DNA from: Candidatus Buchananbacteria bacterium
GTDB taxonomy: Bacteria; Patescibacteriota; Patescibacteriia; Buchananbacterales; UBA6539
Direction: 5' to 3'
Assembly: GCA_041664165.1 (NCBI GenBank)
Contig: JBAYLH010000002.1
Location: forward strand, 9,665-73,664
DNA length: 64,000 nt
A program made the position numbers and the translations under genes. The notes under the pieces are model-generated. The model searched no databases. It was not told the DNA's origin and worked only from the letters and a program-made list of their open reading frames with translations. The first letter of the stretch is position 1, and every line of letters begins with the position of its first letter. Positions 29,756 through 38,241 of this stretch are shown here, one piece after another.

Positions 29756-29917
29756 TTATAGTTCGTAGTGACCAGGGAATTGCTTCTGGCGTTTAGCAGG
29801 TACTTCTTCGTCCGCTCGAATGTCGGTTAAGACTTGGACGAAGCGTAAGCCGATAGCTACCACAACTACCAGCGCGGCCATAATCGCAATAACTACCGCT
29901 ATGGTTTCAAGGATCAT
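29756..29917 (-). CDS. small membrane peptide (53 aa, 1 TM) not in ORF track
   Basis: GGAGGAAAAACC SD then ATG (MILETIAVVIAIMAALVVVV...); below 60-aa ORF cutoff; coordinates +/-1. Confidence 0.45.
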   Translation of the reverse strand: MILETIAVVIAIMAALVVVVAIGLRFVQVLTDIRADEEVPAKRQKQFPGHYEL

Positions 29918-29960
29918 TGGTTTTTCCTCCAAAGTTGGATGCTCCTTTCAGACTAGTTAA

Positions 29961-29989
29961 ATTTTAGTCAATTGAGGTTTGAAAGTCAA
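29961..29989 (-). promoter_or_regulatory. sigma70-type promoter for minus-strand small-peptide operon
   Basis: On minus strand: TTGACT-17 nt-TAAAAT. Confidence 0.45.
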
Positions 29990-30011
29990 TTTTTTTCAAA
30001 AAATAATAATT

Positions 30012-30075
30012 TATCCCCACAAATCCCTTGACACTATCTTTTTGAAAGGTTAGAATATATTTTTCCCCACAAAAC
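30012..30075 (+). promoter_or_regulatory. sigma70 promoter flanked by two CCCCACAAA boxes
   Basis: TTGACA(30027)-17 nt-TAGAAT(30050); ATCCCCACAAA at 30012 and TTCCCCACAAAA at 30063; downstream hairpin TCCCCA...TGGGGA. Confidence 0.55.
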
Positions 30076-30137
30076 TTTTTCAATTTTTTGGGGATTTTAA
30101 TTTCTTCAATAATATTAACAAATTAAAACAAAAATTA

Positions 30138-30275
30138 ATGAAACAAAATTTTGACTCAATCGTCAGCGAACTGAGATTTTATCTGACCCGGCAGTTGGAA
30201 GCTTACCAAAAAAGCGATAATGTGACTTACTCGCAGCTGGAAGAAAAGATTTTGGAACTGGAAAAGAAATTATAA
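30138..30275 (+). CDS. possible small coiled-coil protein (45 aa)
   Basis: ATG ORF downstream of promoter, no clear SD. Confidence 0.25.
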   Translation: MKQNFDSIVSELRFYLTRQLEAYQKSDNVTYSQLEEKILELEKKL

Positions 30276-30321
30276 ACTTAATCAATATTATGTTATAATA
30301 TCGATAGGTCATCTTTAAATT

Positions 30322-30819
30322 ATGCCTAAAATATTGCCAATCAAAATTTATCCTTGTCCGGGTTTGCGCCAAAAATCACAGGTTTTAAAAACCGAGGAGC
30401 TGGGGAATAAAGAAATTAAGCAGCTGATTTCAGATATGGAAAAGACGATGGTTGAAAAAGACGGCATCGGCCTGGCCGCGCCGCAAGTCGGCAAAAATCT
30501 CCGAATCGTGGTGATTAGCACGGCTGACGGTTCTTTGGTTTTAATTAATCCGAAGATTTTAAGGAAATCCTGGCGAACGGAAATTCAAGAAGAAGGCTGC
30601 TTGAGCTTTCCGGAAATTTTTGGTTTGGTGAAGCGTTCGCTCAAAATTAAATTAGTTGCTTTAGACCGAACTGGCAAAAAAATAAAGTTCAAAGCTAGCG
30701 GCTTATTTGCCCGCGTCATCCAGCACGAAGTCGATCATTTGGACGGAATTTTATTTATTGACAAGGCGAAAGAAATTGTTAAGGGTAAAGACAAATTAGC
30801 CGGTCTGGAAAAAAAATAA
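30322..30819 (+). CDS. def: peptide deformylase
   Basis: GLAAPQVG, EGCLS, HEVDHLDG motifs. Confidence 0.9.
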   Translation: MPKILPIKIYPCPGLRQKSQVLKTEELGNKEIKQLISDMEKTMVEKDGIGLAAPQVGKNLRIVVISTADGSLVLINPKILRKSWRTEIQEEGCLSFPEIFGLVKRSLKIKLVALDRTGKKIKFKASGLFARVIQHEVDHLDGILFIDKAKEIVKGKDKLAGLEKK

Positions 30820-30828
30820 TTTTTCTTT

Positions 30829-31773
30829 ATGCAAGAGCTTAAACCAAAAATAATTTTTTTGGGCACGCCGGAGTTTGCCGTCCCCAGTCTTTTGGCTTTA
30901 ATCGCCAATGGTTTTAAACCGGTTTTAGCCATCACTCAACCGGATAAACCCGCCGGCCGAAAACAAGAATTGACTCCCCCGCCGATTAAGCAAGCGGCTT
31001 TACAAAACGAGATTTTAGTTTTGCAGCCACCGGCTAAAAATGATTTGGCGGAAATTTTTTTACAGTATCGGCCGGATCTCTGCGTTTTGGTCGCTTATGG
31101 TTCAATTATCCCTAAAGACTGCTTAAACCAGCCGCGCGGCGGTTTTTTAAATATCCATCCGTCGCTTTTGCCGAAATATCGCGGGTCATCGCCGATTCAG
31201 ACAGCGATTTTAAACGGCGAAAAAGAAACCGGCGTTTCCATTATCCAATTGGTTTCCCAAGTTGACGCCGGGCCAATTATTGCCCAAAAAACCATGGCGA
31301 TAGCGGAGACTGATAACGCCGAAACTTTAAGTAAAAAGTTAGCCGAACTCGGCGCTGAGCTGTTAATAGAAATTTTAGCGAACTATTTGGCCGGAAGAAT
31401 TTTGCCCAAACCCCAGGACGAATCCAAGGCGACCTTTACGGCCATGATCAGTCGGGAAGACGGCCAAATCAATTGGCAAAAAACCGCCGCGGAAATCCAG
31501 CGGCAATTTCGGGCTTTTTATCCTTGGCCAGGGGTATTTACCCAAATCTCTGGCCAGCGCCTTAAAATCGCAAATTTGAGCGTTTTAGAGGGCAATTTTA
31601 GCGCTAAATTGGTACCGGGGGCGATATTTTTCGGGCCTCAAGGCGAGCTGGCAGTCAGCTGCGGCCAAGGGGCAGTTGAGCTAAAAACCGTGCAGCCGGC
31701 CGGTAAAAAAGAAATGCCCGGCATTGAATTTTTACGCGGGCAAAAAGATTTAATAAGTAAGGTTTTAAAATAA
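30829..31773 (+). CDS. fmt: methionyl-tRNA formyltransferase
   Basis: Formyltransferase N-domain (HPSLLPKYRG) plus C-terminal domain; def-fmt synteny. Confidence 0.9.
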   Translation: MQELKPKIIFLGTPEFAVPSLLALIANGFKPVLAITQPDKPAGRKQELTPPPIKQAALQNEILVLQPPAKNDLAEIFLQYRPDLCVLVAYGSIIPKDCLNQPRGGFLNIHPSLLPKYRGSSPIQTAILNGEKETGVSIIQLVSQVDAGPIIAQKTMAIAETDNAETLSKKLAELGAELLIEILANYLAGRILPKPQDESKATFTAMISREDGQINWQKTAAEIQRQFRAFYPWPGVFTQISGQRLKIANLSVLEGNFSAKLVPGAIFFGPQGELAVSCGQGAVELKTVQPAGKKEMPGIEFLRGQKDLISKVLK

Positions 31774-31796
31774 ATTAGAAATTATTAATTATAAAT

Positions 31797-32336
31797 TTAT
31801 TTTATAATGTATTTCCAGCCTGGTTGCCAGGCTTTTTGGTTGCGCCAATCTTCGTCAATCGCCTGTTCCCAGGTTTTTTTGTTAAGCAAGACTTCAAGGG
31901 CCAGCTGCGGTGCTTGATGAGCAACGATGGCAATATGCTTGCCGCCATAATTGGTTTTTAAAAATTCTACAAAGTCAGCCAGCCGGTTTTCAACCTCAGA
32001 AAAACTTTCGCCGCCAGGAAAAGGGGTTTTGATAAATTGTTTCAGATTAGTTTTGAATGAATCGGGCTGGCCGTTGAAGCCGCCATAGTTTATCTCGCGC
32101 AATCTTTGATCGGGAATAATTTCATATTTATCGCCAAAAGCTAATTTCGCCGAATCAACGGCGCGTTTGAGGTCGGAACAAAAAATTACATCAAACTTTT
32201 GGTCAGCGACTTGGCCGGCCAATTCTTTTGACTGCTGGATTCCGAGTTTCGATAATTCCCCGGCCAGCCAGCCGGTGGCCAATCCCTTTTCGTTGTCAGT
32301 CGTGGTGCCGTGAACAAAATAAGTGATTTTAATCAT
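31797..32336 (-). CDS. histidine phosphatase (phosphoglycerate mutase-like) family protein
   Basis: N-terminal VHGTT (RHG-type) catalytic motif. Confidence 0.75.
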   Translation of the reverse strand: MIKITYFVHGTTTDNEKGLATGWLAGELSKLGIQQSKELAGQVADQKFDVIFCSDLKRAVDSAKLAFGDKYEIIPDQRLREINYGGFNGQPDSFKTNLKQFIKTPFPGGESFSEVENRLADFVEFLKTNYGGKHIAIVAHQAPQLALEVLLNKKTWEQAIDEDWRNQKAWQPGWKYIIK

Positions 32337-33834
32337 AGTTATTACAAATTACCGATACCAATATAATGTAAGTAATTCCCAGCGGATGATTAAGATAAGG
32401 CGAAAAGATGTTAGTCACACAAAGCGCGGCTAGGCCGAGGAGTAAACCAGCTTGTAGCTTATAGCTTGTAGGTTGTAGGTTGCTTTGTTTTCTGCTTTCT
32501 GCTCTCTGATTTCTGAGCCGTTTGATTCCTTGATAAAATATTTGGCCGATTAATCCGAGATAAATAGCTAAACCCGCTAAGCCGAGCTTGAGCATAATAT
32601 CCAAATAGCCCCATTCAAAAGCAGCGGTGGTGTAAATCCCGCCGGGATAAGCTTTTAAAATCCGCGGGTCATTGCTTTGGTAAGTTAACTCTTTGCCGAA
32701 ACCGGAGCCGAAAATTAAATGCTGAAAAATTGCCTGGCTTAACGGCTGAAGCTCATTGAGCCGGCTGATACCGGCAGCTTCGCCGGGCAGGTTTTTGAAG
32801 CGGTCGGCAATGACGTTGCCGGAAAAATTGCCGCTGATTAGTTGAACCAGATACAGCTGGGAAGTGAAAATAACAACCAAGGCCAGCAGCAGCCAGGCAG
32901 TTTTTTTGAACCGGAAGCCGAAATAAAGCCAGCTCAAAACGATCAGCCCAAAAATCGCGGCCACTCCCCCGACCCAATAGCTGCGCGACTGGCTGATGAT
33001 GACAGCTAAGCCGGTTAAATATAAATAAATCGCCGGTACCAAATAATTTTTCCAAGCCTTGAGCCGAAATTGGGAGATTAAAATCGTCAAAATAATCAAA
33101 AAGCCGATTAAGCAATAAAGCTGCGATTGCAAAAAAACCCGAAAAAGAGTGCCGGAAATATAAGTGATTTCGCCAACACCGGTATCGCGCAGCCATTTGT
33201 AAAAAACGCCGCCCAGGCCGGTAAAATTATGGGAGAATAAAAGCAAAATGCCCACGGTTTTTAAGGCCAAATAAGCCGTGGCGCCGGTTAGAATTTGTAA
33301 AATATTTTCAATAACTTTTTCTGCTTTAATGGCTTCCCAAAAAACAAAAATCAGAATAAACCAAGCCCAGGCATTGGCGTCAAAAAAGACTTTGGAGAAT
33401 TCGTTATGCCAAAGGCCGTTGATCAAGCCAATGGCAATGGCTGAGGCTAGGAGGAGGTAAGGAAGTAGGTGGTAAGTATTAGGTATTAGGTAATAGGTAT
33501 TAGGTAAAAGTAATTTCTGGCGGCGGGTGATTTTTTTGGCCAGCCAGACGGCCAAAACGACTAAAAAGATGCCAAGGCGAATTGATAGCGAGAAACCGCC
33601 AAGATTCAAGCTAAATAGCTGGCCGAAACCGCCGGTAAAAATTTCCGCCAGCAAAAGGTAAAGGCCATACTCAAGCTTAACCAGCGAAGCCGCCAAAACG
33701 GCGAGTAAAACTACAAAAAAAGCCGCTTGACCCGCCGGCGGTATCAAGTAGCCGGCAAAAGAAACTGAATCGGCAATGATTAAAAATAAAATTGTCCAGA
33801 AAAATAATTTGCCGAAAATTTTAGCTAAAGTCAT
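32329..33834 (-). CDS. O-antigen ligase/polymerase-like (Wzy_C) polytopic membrane protein
   Basis: ~12 TM helices with periplasmic loop; contains in-frame TTAGG-type repeat coding NTYYLIPNTYHLLP. Confidence 0.7.
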   Translation of the reverse strand: MTLAKIFGKLFFWTILFLIIADSVSFAGYLIPPAGQAAFFVVLLAVLAASLVKLEYGLYLLLAEIFTGGFGQLFSLNLGGFSLSIRLGIFLVVLAVWLAKKITRRQKLLLPNTYYLIPNTYHLLPYLLLASAIAIGLINGLWHNEFSKVFFDANAWAWFILIFVFWEAIKAEKVIENILQILTGATAYLALKTVGILLLFSHNFTGLGGVFYKWLRDTGVGEITYISGTLFRVFLQSQLYCLIGFLIILTILISQFRLKAWKNYLVPAIYLYLTGLAVIISQSRSYWVGGVAAIFGLIVLSWLYFGFRFKKTAWLLLALVVIFTSQLYLVQLISGNFSGNVIADRFKNLPGEAAGISRLNELQPLSQAIFQHLIFGSGFGKELTYQSNDPRILKAYPGGIYTTAAFEWGYLDIMLKLGLAGLAIYLGLIGQIFYQGIKRLRNQRAESRKQSNLQPTSYKLQAGLLLGLAALCVTNIFSPYLNHPLGITYIILVSVICNNYD

Positions 33835-33909
33835 TTTGTTACGGGGTAAATTGAAAGTTTTGCTATTACTAACTTAGCTCATTTTAGGTTAAAAATCAAT
33901 ATTTTTTTC

Positions 33910-33962
33910 AAAAAAAAGACCTTGGCCGCCGGTCTTCTCGTTTGAGAGCCAGTGGCCAAGGT
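33910..33962 (-). terminator. rho-independent terminator (minus strand) after GC-rich gene
   Basis: On minus strand AGACCGGCGGCCAAGGTCT hairpin then T8. Confidence 0.5.
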
Positions 33963-34019
33963 TTTGGGGTTGGGAACTCGGCTTTGCCGTGATTCGTCGA
34001 ACGAATTGTCTTCGCTGTT

Positions 34020-34481
34020 CTAGACGATCAGGACATGAGCCGAGCCGACGGGAATTCCGGCGCGGAAGTTGCAGTTTCCGGCCGATGGTACGGCGCCGCC
34101 CGCGAGGGTCATCGTCAGCCCGTTTACGCCGTCGAAGTCAGCGGCCAACGTGTAACCGGGCGCCACTGCGCTTAGCTTCGCCAAATTGGCGTCCTTATAG
34201 GTCAGCGTCGGCTTGTCCGCCATCGCCTTTGCCACCAGTACGTCCGCTTCCTTCGTTCCCATCGCCGTGACGATCAGCGCGTCGCTGAATGCCAGGCTCG
34301 TGCCGCCTTCGATGTTGCTATCCTGTGTGCTCTTCAGCATGAACGCCGCCGGGGTCGGGGTGGCGAGTGCCAAAGCTTCATTCGCATCGGCCGCGTACAT
34401 TTTGGCCGGACTCGTCATCAGTGTCAGCGCGATCGCCGTAATCGAGATGACGATAATCAGTGGTGCCAGAGTCTTTCGCAT
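34020..34481 (-). CDS. secreted hypothetical protein, GC-rich foreign composition
   Basis: Signal peptide MRKTLAPLIIVISITAIALTLM; Ala/Thr-rich; codon usage unlike host. Confidence 0.55.
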   Translation of the reverse strand: MRKTLAPLIIVISITAIALTLMTSPAKMYAADANEALALATPTPAAFMLKSTQDSNIEGGTSLAFSDALIVTAMGTKEADVLVAKAMADKPTLTYKDANLAKLSAVAPGYTLAADFDGVNGLTMTLAGGAVPSAGNCNFRAGIPVGSAHVLIV

Positions 34482-35057
34482 AACAGTGTTCTCCTTTTTG
34501 CACCCTTGTTATGGGTGCGGTTTGTGTTGCACGTCATTGCCCCAACCTAATTGGCAAGCAGAGTTAGCCTCCTTTCTTTTCTTTTCACTCTACTTGTTTA
34601 CAGAAAAAAGCGTACCAAATTGTTAGTACTCTTCCTCTGAGCTGCTTGTATTATAAACCATTTATTCAAAAAATCAAGGGGGGGCTGTGGGTATTTTTTT
34701 TGAGTTTATAAAAAGAGCCCTTGTTCATTGTCAGCGAGACTTTGATTGGGGGCTCCAGACTCTAACTCCATCACCTCGCTTTCTGGCCGTAAAAACGGCT
34801 CAAAACCCGTATTGCTACGGGAGATAATGGATCACCTCCCTTCCGGCGGTCAAAACTCTGAATCTTTTCATGACTCTACCCTCCTGCCTGAAAGTAGCAG
34901 GCCGCGTTAGAAGCTGTATTTATTGTAAAACGAAAAAAACGATAAATCAATATTTTTTTGTCATTTTGCACTGGTTTTTATTGACGACGGACTTGATGCA
35001 AAATCCAGGAGTCATTTTTGCCGCCAATGGCGACGTATAGCCATATTAAATTTCAAA

Positions 35058-35846
35058 TCAATTTTTGTTCAAACCGTGCTTTTGAAAATAGTATAGAGCG
35101 CTTTGGAAAAAGACTTTTTGTTTTTTGACGCCTAGCTGTTGGACGAAACTTTGGCCGCCATAATGAATAATTTCGCCGTCGGGCGTAAACCAAACCTGCC
35201 AGCCACTGGCAACGGCGCGGCGGCAAAGATCGACTTCCTCAAACCAGGTAAAAAAATTTTCATCGAACAAGCCGATTTCGTCCAGGGTTTTTTTCCGCAG
35301 CAGAAAAAACGAACCGGCGACCTGGTCAACCGGCTGGGCGATTTTGTAATTAAAATCTTTGGCGAGATAAGAAGATAAAGCCGGGAGATTGGGAAAAATT
35401 TTGGCGATTTTAGTGATGATTAAAAATATCGGCCAAAAGCTGGGAAACCGCCGAACTGAAAACTGAAGCGTCCAGTCCGGGTTTAGATGTTTGCAGCCGG
35501 CAATGCCGACTTGGTAATTGCTTTTCATAAAATCAACCATTCTAGGCAGGCAGTCTTTAAGGATGACGGTGTCGGGGTTTAAAACCAAAATAAAATCGCC
35601 CCGGCTTTTTAAAATTCCCTGGTTATTGGCCGTGCCGAAACCGAGGTTAGTCGTATTGGGAATTAAAACCACCCGGGGGAATTCTTTTTTAATCATTTCC
35701 ACCGTGCCGTCGCCGGAAGCGTTGTCAACGACAATAATTTCGAAGGTTAAATCGCCCCGATATTTGATGATTGATTCCAGGCATTTTTTCAGCAGATCCT
35801 TGACGTTCCAGGAAACGATGATGATTGATAGTTCCGGACTTGGCAT
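35058..35846 (-). CDS. glycosyltransferase family 2
   Basis: SIIIVSWN...DNASGDGT and DxD-type motifs. Confidence 0.8.
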   Translation of the reverse strand: MPSPELSIIIVSWNVKDLLKKCLESIIKYRGDLTFEIIVVDNASGDGTVEMIKKEFPRVVLIPNTTNLGFGTANNQGILKSRGDFILVLNPDTVILKDCLPRMVDFMKSNYQVGIAGCKHLNPDWTLQFSVRRFPSFWPIFLIITKIAKIFPNLPALSSYLAKDFNYKIAQPVDQVAGSFFLLRKKTLDEIGLFDENFFTWFEEVDLCRRAVASGWQVWFTPDGEIIHYGGQSFVQQLGVKKQKVFFQSALYYFQKHGLNKN

Positions 35847-35905
35847 TTTATTTTAGTAATTAGGTTTTAGGTTCTAGGACTAACTTTTTAATACCTAGTA
35901 CCGAT

Positions 35906-36583
35906 TTAGATGACGTCTTGTTTTTTAATTTTTTTCCAGCTGCCTTCCTTCAAATCGCCCAGCTCCAGCTTGTCGATTCGGATTCTTTTTAATTTTACCA
36001 CGGTGTAGCCCAGTTTTCCCAGCATTCTCCGGATTTGCCGGTTAATGCCCTCTTTGATTTCCAGCCGGACGGATTTGTTTTTGACGGCGATAATTTTGGC
36101 CGGTTTCAGTCTTTTGCCGTCAATTACCATTCCTTTGGCCAGTTTTTTCGCGTCTTCGGCTTTTAAATCCGTATCCAAAACCACGAAGTATTCTTTTTGG
36201 CCGCCATAGCGGGGATGAGTCAGCTGATTGGCAAATTCGCCGTCGTTAGTCAAAAGCAAAAGTCCGCTGGAATCTTTGTCCAGCCGGCCGACCGGGTAAA
36301 CCCGCTCTTTGGTTTTAACCAGTTTTAAAACGGATTGGCCCTGGCTTTCGGTCGTGGTGCTGATATAACCGATCGGCTTATTCAAAGCCAGGTAAATTTT
36401 ATGATTTTCAGTTTTGACGATTCTGCCGTTATATTCAACCTCGTCAGCGGTTTCATCGATAGTAGTGCCAAGCTGAGTTACAACTTCGCCGTTGATTTTT
36501 ATTTTGCCGCTAGTAATTAGTTCTTCGGCTTTGCGGCGGGAAGTTATTCCGGCGGCAGCGAGAAATTTTTGGAGTCGCATCAT
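35906..36583 (-). CDS. rluB: pseudouridine synthase (RsuA/RluB family) with N-terminal S4 domain
   Basis: S4 domain then conserved GRLD catalytic Asp motif. Confidence 0.85.
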   Translation of the reverse strand: MMRLQKFLAAAGITSRRKAEELITSGKIKINGEVVTQLGTTIDETADEVEYNGRIVKTENHKIYLALNKPIGYISTTTESQGQSVLKLVKTKERVYPVGRLDKDSSGLLLLTNDGEFANQLTHPRYGGQKEYFVVLDTDLKAEDAKKLAKGMVIDGKRLKPAKIIAVKNKSVRLEIKEGINRQIRRMLGKLGYTVVKLKRIRIDKLELGDLKEGSWKKIKKQDVI

Positions 36584-36665
36584 GGGTTAGGGATTAGGGG
36601 TTAGGTAGTTAGGTATTAGGTAATAGGTGCTAGGTATTAGGGGTTAGGAGGTTAGAGGTTGTTCC
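36584..36665. repeat. TTAGG-type degenerate tandem repeat (~11 units)
   Basis: gggttagggattaggggttaggtagttaggtattaggtaataggtgctaggtattaggggttaggaggttagagg; TAG on + and TAA on - in all frames. Confidence 0.7.
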
Positions 36666-37095
36666 AGGAAAAATAATTTTTTATTAACTCGGCTAGTTTT
36701 GGGTGAAATATTTTTTTAACATTTTGTAGGCTAATTTTTTGCCATTTATAGGAAGCATGCTCTTCTGATATTTTAATCTCGCCACCTAAATATTTGGCTT
36801 CAAAGAGGATATATAAAATACAGCGGCCATCTTTAAAGCGGTATTTATTTAAAGCCACCGGATCTTGGCGCAGTTTATATTTAATTTTAGCGCCGGCTTC
36901 TTCCTTGATCTCTCGATCCACTAGTTGGTGAAACGGCATTTCTACTTCATTATCATTAATTTGGCCGCCGGGCAGAACATATTTTTGCTTAAAACGCGAA
37001 GCAAAATCGGGCGATTCCATTATCAAACACTCATTTTTTTTATTTTTTAATAAAATTTTTAAGGAAATCATGAATTGTTGGGGCTTTTGGTACAT
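36652..37095 (-). CDS. NUDIX hydrolase
   Basis: NUDIX box GGx5Ex7REIKEEAG. Confidence 0.7.
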   Translation of the reverse strand: MYQKPQQFMISLKILLKNKKNECLIMESPDFASRFKQKYVLPGGQINDNEVEMPFHQLVDREIKEEAGAKIKYKLRQDPVALNKYRFKDGRCILYILFEAKYLGGEIKISEEHASYKWQKISLQNVKKIFHPKLAELIKNYFSWNNL

Positions 37096-37097
37096 AA

Positions 37098-37553
37098 TTA
37101 CAATTTTAGATTATTCCATTTCACGTAATTTTTGATTAATTGCTTCAATGAAGGCTGAAAGTTAAGCTTAAAAATTTTTCGGTCAAGCGGCACCCAACTA
37201 TAGTCACTATGCTCTTCGGAAATTTTTATTTTACCCGATTGGAATCTTGCTTCGAATAAAATGTATAATCTTTCATGCTCGTTATTAAATCGGTATTTCG
37301 ACAAAGCCACCGGATCAAGCCGCAAACGGTATTTCAGCGAACCGCACTCTTCGGTTATTTCGCGCCGGATTATTTTATGAAAATCAGTATTAATTTCATC
37401 ATTGTTGATTGAGCCGCCGGGCAAATCCAGCGTGTCGTGAAAGCGCGGGTTGGCTGAAATTGTTTTTAAGACCAAAAGCTGATTTTGTTGGTTTCGAATT
37501 ATCGCTTTCAAAGATACATTAAATCGGCTTTGAATAATTTTATGATAAGTCAT
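37098..37553 (-). CDS. NUDIX hydrolase (tandem paralog)
   Basis: NUDIX box RREITEECG; start set at MTYHKI to avoid overlap with upstream GT. Confidence 0.65.
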   Translation of the reverse strand: MTYHKIIQSRFNVSLKAIIRNQQNQLLVLKTISANPRFHDTLDLPGGSINNDEINTDFHKIIRREITEECGSLKYRLRLDPVALSKYRFNNEHERLYILFEARFQSGKIKISEEHSDYSWVPLDRKIFKLNFQPSLKQLIKNYVKWNNLKL

Positions 37554-38220
37554 GTTTTTGTTTAATAATTTTTTCAGCCGCTTGGTAGGCTTTGACTTTT
37601 TTCGACCAGGGAAAACGATAAAAGAATTTTGGCAGCCAGCTCGACATCGTGCCGCCGGCTTTAGCCGTGAATAAAAGTTCAGGAATAAAAACGCCGGTGT
37701 CTCCCCTTTCAAGCATTGTTAGCCATAAATCCCAATCCTGAAACCGCTTTAATTTTTCGTCAAAACCCGGGAAGCGTTCTTGGCGAATTAATGACGTGGT
37801 ATGGATATAAGGCATTTTTTTTAGTTTAGCGGCCGAAAAAGGGAAAAGTTTAAAAATTTTAGCGCCGAATCTAAATGATGAATAAGCGTACATCGCGCCG
37901 GGATTTTTTTTCAAAGCGTCAAACATTGTTGCCAGCATTTTCGGCTTCATGGTAATATCGGCATCGCAGAAAATGAGAAACGGCGATTTGGCGATTTTAG
38001 CGCCGTGGTTGCGAGCCGCGGCGGCGCCGAGGTTGGGTTGGTTAATAACGGTAATTTTATCCTGGTAATTTTTTAAAATTTCCAAGCTGGAGTCGGTTGA
38101 ACCGTCGTTGACGGCGATAATTTCAAAATTTTTCCAGGTTTGGTTAAAAATACTCTCCAGGCATTTTTCGAGAGTTTTTTTGGCGTTATAAATCGGAATG
38201 ACGATGCTGATTTCGGGCAC
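37540..38220 (-). CDS. glycosyltransferase family 2
   Basis: N-terminal GT-A motif ISIVIPIYNA...VNDGSTD. Confidence 0.75.
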   Translation of the reverse strand: MPEISIVIPIYNAKKTLEKCLESIFNQTWKNFEIIAVNDGSTDSSLEILKNYQDKITVINQPNLGAAAARNHGAKIAKSPFLIFCDADITMKPKMLATMFDALKKNPGAMYAYSSFRFGAKIFKLFPFSAAKLKKMPYIHTTSLIRQERFPGFDEKLKRFQDWDLWLTMLERGDTGVFIPELLFTAKAGGTMSSWLPKFFYRFPWSKKVKAYQAAEKIIKQKHDLS

Positions 38221-38241
38221 AAAATAAATTAAGAATTTTTA

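Noticed and set aside
33989-34626. Arg/Pro-rich + strand ORFs 33989-34270 and 34213-34626
   Set aside because: Frame shadows of the GC-rich minus-strand secreted gene; low-complexity translation.
34850-34865. 16S rRNA 3' end (GGATCACCTCC)
   Set aside because: No rRNA gene; this is an isolated 12-nt match within a non-coding leader.
36584-36665. Telomere-like TTAGGG repeats
   Set aside because: Degenerate 7-mer units in a bacterial intergenic spacer. Better explained as a stop-rich microrepeat; resemblance to eukaryotic telomeres is coincidental.
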